Positions 46,885 to 55,800 of a stretch of DNA of 64,000 bases are shown here, piece after piece. The first letter of the stretch is position 1, and the number at the start of each line of letters is the position of its first letter. The notes beneath the pieces were generated by a model. It made no database searches. It was not told where the DNA came from and saw only the letters and a list, made by a program, of their open reading frames with translations. The stretch comes from a virus: IMG/VR virus record IMGVR_UViG_3300020429_000529, positions 32,001-96,000 of that record. One strand, 5' to 3'. Position numbers and translations under genes: made by a program.

Positions 46885-47313
46885 ATGCGCAGTATTAAAA
46901 CAGCAGGCTATAGCGTTTCTCTACCGATTGACAAGAAAGACTATCCGCCGATCAAGGGTATGGAAGGTCCAATGAGGATGCCGAATGGCAAAGTCCTCTA
47001 TTACGACCCGAAGCAGAAGCAATACTATGATCGCAAAACTGACATGTTTGTGCCTGTAGAGGACGCAATGGCAACGCCGCCTCCGAGGGATGAGAGCTTT
47101 TTCCCGCACAACACTCGAACTGCTGCCAAGAAGTCTCCATGCTGGGACGGCTATGAGCAGGTCGGCATGAAGGACAAGAACGGCAGAGAAGTTCCTAACT
47201 GCGTACCGAAGAACAAAGAAAGCGCCAAGCACGATAAGGGTTCAGAGATCTACAAAGAGGGCGACGAAGAACGTAAAGAGTCTTCAACGAAGACTCGTTT
47301 GTTCAAGCTTTAG
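46885..47313 (+). CDS. Small two-module protein (putative internal virion protein)
   Basis: MRSIKTAG; GMEGP..GKVLYYDPK module; RTAA; CWDGYEQVGMK..VPNCVP module. Confidence 0.7.
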   Translation: MRSIKTAGYSVSLPIDKKDYPPIKGMEGPMRMPNGKVLYYDPKQKQYYDRKTDMFVPVEDAMATPPPRDESFFPHNTRTAAKKSPCWDGYEQVGMKDKNGREVPNCVPKNKESAKHDKGSEIYKEGDEERKESSTKTRLFKL

Positions 47314-47348
47314 TTGAAAATCCTAACTGGACTCCAACTGCTAACGAG

Positions 47349-47379
47349 AGGCCCTGCCGTTTGGTGGGGCCTTTTCTTT
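47349..47379 (+). terminator. Rho-independent terminator
   Basis: AGGCCCTGCC-GTTT-GGTGGGGCCT followed by TTTCTTT. Confidence 0.8.
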
Positions 47380-47384
47380 GAGAA

Positions 47385-47399
47385 GCCGATAGAGTAAGT
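47385..47399 (+). promoter_or_regulatory. GCCGAT-type -10 element, leaderless arrangement
   Basis: GCCGATAG-N7-ATG(47400), no SD. Confidence 0.55.
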
Positions 47400-48800
47400 A
47401 TGAGATTTCGCAACACAACAGGTAACTCGATATACCTTGAAGACATCGATCGCCATATTCCCTTCGAAGAAGACAGGGAGTTTGAGATCGACGTTGACGA
47501 TGTGAAGAAGAGCTTCACCTTCCAGAACCTCGCTGTTCTTGGAGCGGTTGAGATCATCGAGCATGGCGAAGAACGAGTAGAGAAGAATCTGATCCGCTTC
47601 GCGCGCGAACGCGCTGAGCATGCGGAGAAAGCAGAAGACGAGGAGCCTCGCATGGCAAGCGGAGATACGCCTGAAGTCATTATCAAGGGTCACTTCTATG
47701 AAGCAGGCGGATACGCAAAGGTCAATCGAAATCTCGCAATGGGATTGCGGGCTCTTGGGACCAATGTCGAAATCAACCCGTTCACGACAAAGCGAAACGA
47801 TCTGAACGAGTTTGAAGTTCGTGCATTGGCTCCTATGAAGAAGAGGCTCGGCAGAGGGGCAATCAAGATCGATAGCATCATCCCGTCTTTCAGCGAGATG
47901 AGCGTTCAGCATCCGTACTCGATTCTGTATACGACGGTTGAGGCAGCAAGCATCCCTGAGCAGTTTGTAGAGATCTGCAACCGCTACAACGAAGTTTGGG
48001 TTACAGCGGATTTCTGCAAGCAAGTCATGGAAAAGTGCGGCGTTCGCAAGCCTATCTATGTCATGCCTCCCGGTATCAATCTCAAGACTTTCCATCCAGA
48101 CTATGAACCATATGACTTCTCTCCGTCTCTCAAGTCATTTGTATTCTGCGCGCTCGGACAGTGGCAGCCTCGGAAGGGTTGGGATGCTTTGGTCCGAGCA
48201 TATTTGACAGAGTTTAGCGGAGATGATGATGTGTCGCTGCTTGTTGTGAGCCGCTATCAGTATTCTTCGGAACGCAGCGGCGTCATCAAGACCGAGATCG
48301 ACAAGCTCATCAAGAAGTATGGCGGAGACAATCCTGCCCATATTGTTCGTTGTCGCAGGGTGATTCCTGAGTACGAACTTCCTCGCATTTACAAGGCATG
48401 CAACGCATTTGTTCTTCCGTCTCGCGGGGAAGGCTTTGGGTTGCCTTACGCAGAGGCATCATTGTGCGGTTTGCCTTGTATCGCCACGAATCACAGCGGT
48501 CATACGATGTTTCTCAAGGGCGATAACTCGATCCTTGTAGACATTGATCGCCTTGAGAAGATCCCCAAGGGGTCGATGCATGTCCATTACTGGGATGACC
48601 AGTTGTTCCCGTCGCTGAGGTCGCAAGACTTCATTGACAACTTCGGCGGGGCGATGAGAGATGCGTATGACTATTACGATGAAGCTCTTGAGCGTAACGA
48701 ACGTCTTCAATCGTTGCTCAAGGAGCAATACAGCTTCCGTGCCTCCGCACAACGAGCGAAGGATAGGATTGACGAAATCTGGAAGACGCTGAAGGAGTAA
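47400..48800 (+). CDS. GT-B (GT4-like) glycosyltransferase with N-terminal extension
   Basis: RKGWDAL; FVLPSRGEGFGLPYAEASLCGLPCIATN. Confidence 0.92.
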   Translation: MRFRNTTGNSIYLEDIDRHIPFEEDREFEIDVDDVKKSFTFQNLAVLGAVEIIEHGEERVEKNLIRFARERAEHAEKAEDEEPRMASGDTPEVIIKGHFYEAGGYAKVNRNLAMGLRALGTNVEINPFTTKRNDLNEFEVRALAPMKKRLGRGAIKIDSIIPSFSEMSVQHPYSILYTTVEAASIPEQFVEICNRYNEVWVTADFCKQVMEKCGVRKPIYVMPPGINLKTFHPDYEPYDFSPSLKSFVFCALGQWQPRKGWDALVRAYLTEFSGDDDVSLLVVSRYQYSSERSGVIKTEIDKLIKKYGGDNPAHIVRCRRVIPEYELPRIYKACNAFVLPSRGEGFGLPYAEASLCGLPCIATNHSGHTMFLKGDNSILVDIDRLEKIPKGSMHVHYWDDQLFPSLRSQDFIDNFGGAMRDAYDYYDEALERNERLQSLLKEQYSFRASAQRAKDRIDEIWKTLKE

Positions 48801-48803
48801 AAG

Positions 48804-49466
48804 ATGATTGTATTGATCGATGCAGAAGCCGGGAAGGTTATTGTCTGCGACAAACAGACCAGGGAATACAGTATCAACGATATCAACAGTATCGCTGCCG
48901 CTATTTCTGGCAAAGAGGTTTACTACGTTACCTCTGCTGATATGGCAAGCGGCGATGAGGTCGTTGGTTTGTTGAGCCAGATCACGGGCAAGTTTCCGAA
49001 TCCTTCGGAGATCACAACCATACAGCCTACTGATGAAGGCGAGTTTCTTCATCCGTCGAAGAACAGGCAGATCATTATCATCGGGACAGATGGTAGAGAG
49101 TTTCAGTTCCGAGGTATCTTTGATTTCAAGAGATTGTCGTCTGTGCCTCCCGAGGTTATGGAGAGCGAACAGATGCAGATGTTCTTGCAGAGCGGCGTGA
49201 TTGAAAAAGTTGACGCTCAGCGCAAGAAGGAAATTGTTAGCGAGTTTGAAGTTCGAACTTCAGAACGCCGAAAGAGACAGCAGGCGCAGGAGGATTCAAT
49301 CCTTGTCAAGGATTCAACTCCTGGGGCAGCGTCGAAGGCTGCGGTTGATGGGATCGCAAATGGCGAGGAAGATATTGCGCCAGAGATTTCCATCTCGGGC
49401 GAGGTTTCTTTCAAGCGAGAAGATCACTCCGAGCATCATCAGAACATGAAAAACTTGGGTTTGTAA
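48804..49466 (+). CDS. Hypothetical protein
   Basis: AAGGAG RBS. Confidence 0.7.
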   Translation: MIVLIDAEAGKVIVCDKQTREYSINDINSIAAAISGKEVYYVTSADMASGDEVVGLLSQITGKFPNPSEITTIQPTDEGEFLHPSKNRQIIIIGTDGREFQFRGIFDFKRLSSVPPEVMESEQMQMFLQSGVIEKVDAQRKKEIVSEFEVRTSERRKRQQAQEDSILVKDSTPGAASKAAVDGIANGEEDIAPEISISGEVSFKREDHSEHHQNMKNLGL

Positions 49467-49469
49467 GTA

Positions 49470-50234
49470 ATGAAAACACTGGTTATTTGTCATGGGGAGC
49501 CGTGGGAGGCCCTTGCTTCCACGACGCTTATCAAGAGTCTACAGAGGGAGGATGAGAGGCTGAAGCTCACATGGGTTTCTCGCCCTGATACATCGTGTCT
49601 CTTCAAATACAATAGCAACATCGATGAGCTTCATGAAGAAACAACTCTCCATGACAAGTTCGACAGAGCTATCAACCTGACGCCCACAGAGGCCGCAGGA
49701 CGCATTCTGTCGGAAGTCGAGGCCTCAGAGAAGCTGGGCTACTCGTACTCGTCAGACGGCATCCAGCCGCTCAATGAGGGAGCAGCCGAGGTTCTGCCGA
49801 TTTTGCGGGGCGAAGAGACCAAGCGAAACTATTTTCAGGTCATGTTTCGAATTGCGGACATGACTTGGAAAGGAGAGGGGTATGATTTCTCGTACTATCC
49901 TCGCAACAAGATGAAGAAAAGGAAGACAGGCGTTGCCATTAGCGATGATTCTCTAAGGGAGTTCATCAAAACCAATCTCGAACTGAATCAGTCTGAGTTG
50001 TGGCATGTGCCTATGCGGGAAGACCTTCTCAAGCGAATCGATGAGGTCAACAGGGTCAGGCAGTTGATAACGGACGATTTGTTTACCGCGCATGCTGGTA
50101 TTGCCATGCGTAAGGACGTTGAGTTTCTTGATACCCAGGGACTAAACATGTCGATTGAGTTCTTTGGGAAAGGGAGCCATTACCGTATCAGTCATGCCCT
50201 CCGTAACCTTCAAATGCAACCGAAGCAATCCTAA
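49470..50234 (+). CDS. Degenerate GT9 (heptosyltransferase)-like protein
   Basis: EALASTTLIKSL..LTWV..LFKYNSNIDE..FDRAINL; LITDDLFTAHAGIA. Confidence 0.55.
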   Translation: MKTLVICHGEPWEALASTTLIKSLQREDERLKLTWVSRPDTSCLFKYNSNIDELHEETTLHDKFDRAINLTPTEAAGRILSEVEASEKLGYSYSSDGIQPLNEGAAEVLPILRGEETKRNYFQVMFRIADMTWKGEGYDFSYYPRNKMKKRKTGVAISDDSLREFIKTNLELNQSELWHVPMREDLLKRIDEVNRVRQLITDDLFTAHAGIAMRKDVEFLDTQGLNMSIEFFGKGSHYRISHALRNLQMQPKQS

Positions 50235-51018
50235 GAATGCAGTAGGCAAGCTTCGTAAGAAAACGGTTTACACTCCGTCGATGATCGGATTCGATGGAGT
50301 GAAAGGCGATGGTCTCGGCGTTCGTATCTGCATCATTGATACAGGATACCCGAGACACGAGAACATTCCATTCTCGGCATCAAATACAATCGATTTCACA
50401 AGCTCCAAGTCTGCCGCCAAGGATACTCATGGTCACGGAACCGGAGTAGCAGGCATACTCAAGGCCCATGGAGGGTCTATTGAGGGGATGGTGCCGAAGG
50501 CGGAGATCTTCTACGCTAAAGGGCTCTCCGATGAAGGAGAAGGCAGCCACGGCGCGGTACAAGCATCAATACTCTATGCTATCGTGAAGCAAGTAGACAT
50601 CATCGTCATGTCTTTTGGGTCAGAGATCCGGCACCCTACGCTTCATGATGCAATCAAGAAAGCGTACCATAGCGGCATCTCTCTCTTTGCAGCATCGGGT
50701 CAAACTTTGCGATCGACGAAGGATTCCGATTACCCTGCAAGGTTTCCTGAGGTCATGTCAGTCGGTTATTCATCTACCAACTTTCCTACGGCAGGATCGT
50801 CGGATGCGCCTCATATTGCGATGCCCATAAAGGGATTGCAAACAACGTTCCTCGGAGACAAATTCATCAAAATGAACGGAACGAGCGCCATCACGCCAGC
50901 TATCGCAGGAGTAGCTGCGATTCTGCTTCAGAACAACCGCTCTGTTCGTCAGGCAAATCAGCCTGGCTTTCTCTATGACAAGCTGATCTCTCTTTGTCGT
51001 CCCGATCGAAGGAGTTAA
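50194..51018 (+). CDS. Subtilisin-like S8 serine protease
   Basis: IIDTG, HGHGTGVAG, GTSAITPAIAG catalytic motifs. Confidence 0.9.
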   Translation: MPSVTFKCNRSNPKNAVGKLRKKTVYTPSMIGFDGVKGDGLGVRICIIDTGYPRHENIPFSASNTIDFTSSKSAAKDTHGHGTGVAGILKAHGGSIEGMVPKAEIFYAKGLSDEGEGSHGAVQASILYAIVKQVDIIVMSFGSEIRHPTLHDAIKKAYHSGISLFAASGQTLRSTKDSDYPARFPEVMSVGYSSTNFPTAGSSDAPHIAMPIKGLQTTFLGDKFIKMNGTSAITPAIAGVAAILLQNNRSVRQANQPGFLYDKLISLCRPDRRS

Positions 51019-51061
51019 GGCTCATCTGTGAGAAAAATAAAAGACTGAGCGAGGTAGAGAT

Positions 51062-52879
51062 ATGCCCTGGGTCCCCAACAACAAGAAGCGATCGGATGGC
51101 GTAACGGGGCCTGTTGATGCCTCGGATGTCACATACACTCCGGTCGATGAAAGCAACTGGGGAGGGGCTGATCCTGGTAACGTAGATGATGCCCTTGATG
51201 ACCTCGCGGAGTGCTGTACCACGAACTCAGACATCATCGACCAACTTGTCCCGCCTAACGCCCCTTCTCTTGATGATATAGAGGAAGAGTTGGGCAGCAA
51301 TGGAGTTGCAGGAAACCTCTCATTTGGTTCTGCAAATGCTATTGCAGGATACCAGAATCATCCAACATATGATGTAGACGATCTCATGCCGAATACCGGC
51401 GATGAGTTGGGGATTTATGGTTCGGACACAGTAATCGTGGCAACTCTGAACGATGATGTTGCTGCGGAAGCAAACGGAGCATATCCGGCTGACGCATTTA
51501 GTCCTGGCAATGAGGGGACGCTTCAGTTGCTTATTGATGTAGCTGGGGTAGAGACCGTCATTCATTCGGTTGATCTTTCAACCTTTGGATCGGGTCTAAG
51601 TCAAAATGCTCAAGGATCAGGGTTCTCGCTTAGCGCTTCAACGCCTGTTGAGTTCCCTAATGGATCAACATTTCCCTCAAGGCAGTATAGAACAGGGCTT
51701 GTCGTTGTTGCTTCGACTGAGAATCAAGACGGATACAATAAAGTCCTCGTCAAGCATATTACTTCGGACGGAACGAATACGACCAATGCTATCGAATGGA
51801 TTATTGACAACGTTGATACTGCTACATCTTTCAATACGGGAACTTTTTCGTCTCTCAACACATCTGGAAGCAAGTATCTGTCTGGCGTTGAGTATCATAC
51901 GAGCATCTCTGCAACCTACAACATAACTATCAGCAATGCCTACCGAAACACTTATTCGGACAGCGGTTCGGCAATAACCCATCCAACGAACGATAACTGT
52001 TCGATATCATCTTCAGCGATACCCATCCTTCAGCCAGACGATGAATCAGACACGATTGTTCTTGCAAAGACATGCACTCTCGATCAGACAAGGGTTATCA
52101 GAAATGTAGTTGGTCAGAACAGTCAATACGGTTTCAGAGTTAGCACTCGCGTAGACAGAACTGTTCAGACAGATTCAACGTCTGCAAACGCATCTGATTA
52201 CGAGTTTTGTTTTGATAACGCTTCGGCAAACAGTACCGATCTCGATCATACTTTCAATGATGAGGCATACAGGATACCGAGCAATGCTAACTTCAACAAT
52301 GATCTGTCATCAACTTGGGATGAGACCATTTCTCTTGTGAGCGCAACGGCGGGCTATTCCGATGGCATTCAAACAATCAATGGCGGACTTGATTATCCAG
52401 AGGAGAACTTTGGAACGATTGCTGATGGACCCGCTGGCAACCCTGACTATTCGTCGGCTTCTGGATCTCGAACGTACTATGGCTACTTCACAAACAGTAC
52501 GGCAACGGGCAACTTTCGATTGACGGTTCAGGGTACGGCTACTCTTATCGCGGAGACAACAAGCTTCACAAATGGAACAAATCAGGTCAAAATATCTCTC
52601 AAGTGGCCGAACTATGACAGCGGCAGCAGCGACTCGGGCACGGGAACAGGATGGCTCGATGTTACGCAGGCCTTCATTCAGGGGAACTGGGCAGACGGAG
52701 ATGGGTGCTATTCGGCTTCGCTTGGTAACGACCAGACGATTCCAACAACAAACCTCGGAGTCACGATTGGAACTCGTAGTTCTGCCGATAGCTATGACAA
52801 GGTGTATTACCGCATAACCGTACCGCAGGGCTGGACAGGAGAAATAACCAGAGTTGCGATAACTTGGAACGCAAGCTAA
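51062..52879 (+). CDS. Virion structural protein (tail/baseplate-associated)
   Basis: GAGGT RBS; S/T/G/N/D-rich beta composition; precedes fibre genes. Confidence 0.7.
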   Translation: MPWVPNNKKRSDGVTGPVDASDVTYTPVDESNWGGADPGNVDDALDDLAECCTTNSDIIDQLVPPNAPSLDDIEEELGSNGVAGNLSFGSANAIAGYQNHPTYDVDDLMPNTGDELGIYGSDTVIVATLNDDVAAEANGAYPADAFSPGNEGTLQLLIDVAGVETVIHSVDLSTFGSGLSQNAQGSGFSLSASTPVEFPNGSTFPSRQYRTGLVVVASTENQDGYNKVLVKHITSDGTNTTNAIEWIIDNVDTATSFNTGTFSSLNTSGSKYLSGVEYHTSISATYNITISNAYRNTYSDSGSAITHPTNDNCSISSSAIPILQPDDESDTIVLAKTCTLDQTRVIRNVVGQNSQYGFRVSTRVDRTVQTDSTSANASDYEFCFDNASANSTDLDHTFNDEAYRIPSNANFNNDLSSTWDETISLVSATAGYSDGIQTINGGLDYPEENFGTIADGPAGNPDYSSASGSRTYYGYFTNSTATGNFRLTVQGTATLIAETTSFTNGTNQVKISLKWPNYDSGSSDSGTGTGWLDVTQAFIQGNWADGDGCYSASLGNDQTIPTTNLGVTIGTRSSADSYDKVYYRITVPQGWTGEITRVAITWNAS

Positions 52880-55800
52880 ATGCCGTTTACCGATGAATCA
52901 CAAATCAAGGTAGCTTTCAAGAAGCTCATCGGTCGAGCGCATACGACGAACGACAAAGAGTTCTTCAACGAAGCGAAGTTCAGCCAGATTTCGATCTTCG
53001 CTTTCGAAGTCTTTGGTCAAGAGATCCCTTCAGATCCTCAGGCTGCTGTCGATGCAGGGCTTGTCGAGTATGTCGAGGCGGATCTTGTTCTTGACGGTAC
53101 GTCGAATGGCAAGAGCTATGTTGCGCGATTTCCTGCTGGCTACAATGGCTACTTTGGGTCGGGCGTTGCCGGTTCTGATATCGGGCCTATTGCCTCTGCG
53201 ATCCCTGCGTCGATCAATAGCTCTCTTGTAGATTCCGGTCATACAGGCGGTTTTGCTCCGGGGTTGTACGATAACGGCGTTCTTGTGCCTGCGACTTCGA
53301 CCGAGGATTGGGTTTTCGATCCGGTCGCCATGATCGTTACTTCTGAAGACGATTTGAGCCTTGCTTCAACGGGCACGCTTCAGATCTACCTGTATATTGG
53401 CGATACAGTCCAAGACCATATCAACAACACAAACAACCCGCATGAGGTTGCCCTTGCTGACTTGATCGATCTCAACATCTCGGGCTCTATGGCTCCCGAT
53501 GATGGCGATCTCCTCATCTTCGTAGGCGGATCTCTCAATGAATGGCAAACAATTCCTTCGTCGTCAGTGGGAGTCACTGACCACGGAGATTTGACTGGTC
53601 TTTCTGATGACGATCATACGCAATACGTCACAAACAGTCCTGCTCTTGATGCAAGAAACGTAATCCAGCCAACCTCAAGTCCTCGTCGAGCGCTTCGTAT
53701 CATGAGTAGCTCGGATGGTCCTGGTACTTGGGACTTCTTTGATGTCACTGAGGCTGGCGGCACTCAGTTGATGAGGTTTGAGAACGATTCGGGCGACTAC
53801 AGTCTCTACTTTGAGAATGGTCTTGCCACGATCTTTGACACAAACACTTACTTCAACAATTTTGTTGCGCTTACAGACTCGAATGATACTCCGACAAGAG
53901 CAGTTCGCCTTGCTGCTCCGACGACTCTTGCGAACATTGCTGGTTACACGATTACTCTTCCAACCACTGTTGGAGATGCTGGCGAGATACTTATTGTCGT
54001 CGATGGAAGCTCGATCGAGTCTGAGCTTGGTTGGGGTAGGCTGTCTATTAATGATCTTGTTGATGTTGTCATCGGCGAAGGTCTGCAAGACGGCTACATC
54101 CTTCAGTATGTTGGCGGCTCAATCGATGAATGGCAGGCGGTAAACCCCGGCGGCATTGGCGGAGGGGTTACGGACCACGGCGCTCTCGATGGTCTTAGCG
54201 ATGACGATCATACGCAGTATGTTGTCAAGACGCCTGGTAGTAGCACTCGAAACCGTATTCAGCCAACGAGCAACTATACGGCTCTGAGCCTTAAGGCATT
54301 CAGCGCTTCTTCAGGGCCGCTGTTTCTCATCACTGACACTTCCGACCAGTCTTTGTTTCAGGTTGACCAAAGCACTGGAAACATTTCTTTCGGCGGAGCT
54401 ACATCAAGTAACCAAACTTTGCTTGCGACTAATGCAAGCGGAACTCAAAAGACAGCCACGTTTCCTGATGTAACTGGTCAAGTTATGATGACCACTGCTA
54501 CGCAGACGGTCACAGGAACAACAATCTTCACATCTCTTGATCTCGCCGTCCAGGGCGGCGGCGCGTTTTCTACGTTCTTCCGAGGAACTGCGACAACAAC
54601 TCAGATCATTGATATCCCTGATGAGTCAGGAACGCTTGTCCTTGCGGGCGCTCTTCCTGCGGGAGCGGGACAATTTCTTAGGTCAACAGGAGCATCGTAT
54701 CTTGCCTCATGGGAATCGCTTTCCCTTGAAGACCTGCCAGATATTTCGCTTGATGATCTTTCGGATGTCATCGGAACAGGAGCGAACGATGGCGATGTTC
54801 TTGTATATGTAGGCGGGTCTCTCAACTATTGGGAACCGCAGGCAATCGACAACATTGACAACATCGCGCCTGCTGATGCTTCTTACATAACGGCTGTTAC
54901 TGAATCAAGCCTGCCTCAGTCTCGTCTGCTTGTTCAGGGCACAGGCATTCAGATACTTGACTCAGGCGGCGGATCGAACCTTGTTATCGCCTCAAACGAT
55001 AGCGAGATTGATCACAGCGCGCTGTTGAACCTCACGCAAGACGATCATACGCAGTATGTCATAACGAGCCCCTCTTCGAGCGCTCGCAACCTTGTTACCG
55101 CAAGCAGTTCGACGGTCATCCCTTTGACATTGAGGGGCGCTGCGAGTCATAGCGTCAATCTGTTCGTTGTTGAAAACAGTGCAGGCACGGATCTCGTCTA
55201 TGTCGAGTCTTCTGGCAATCTTGTTGCAAGAGGATCGATCAAAGGCGGCGGTTCTGCGGGAACTGCTGATTCCGTAGCGTTTATTCTTGACAACTCTGGT
55301 CTTGGCGGCGGTCCTCGAACGTTTACGTTCCCCAACACCGCTGGTCAGATCATGACGATCAACTCAAGCCAGACCATTACTGGAACCAAGACATTTACGC
55401 TTGCTGATCTTCGTTTCACTGGTTCTTCTTCGTCGCACGGTTGGATCTTTGCAACCTCTAAGACATCTGGCGGTTTTGATAACCTCAATGTTCCAGGAAT
55501 AACAACTGGCGATGTAACAATGCTTATTACGGAGAATGTCTCCGTAACAGCAGGCGAAGTTGCTGTCGCAGCAAGTACGACTGTTGGAGCAGTTGATTTT
55601 AGACCTCTTGCATTTTCTGATCTTCCTGATATCTCTCTCGATGATCTTTCAGATGTCATCGGAACAGGAGCGAGCGACGGAGACATTCTTGTTTATGTCG
55701 GAGGATCTCTAAATTACTGGGAGCCATCAGCTTTTTCTGACTTGCTACCCGACAACATTGTTTATACAGAGGGTTTTCAAGACATACCGGGCAGTAAGCG

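Noticed and set aside
54731-55726. Diversity-generating retroelement TR/VR pair in the fibre gene
   Set aside because: Differences are mostly synonymous third-position changes, not adenine-specific; no reverse transcriptase in the window
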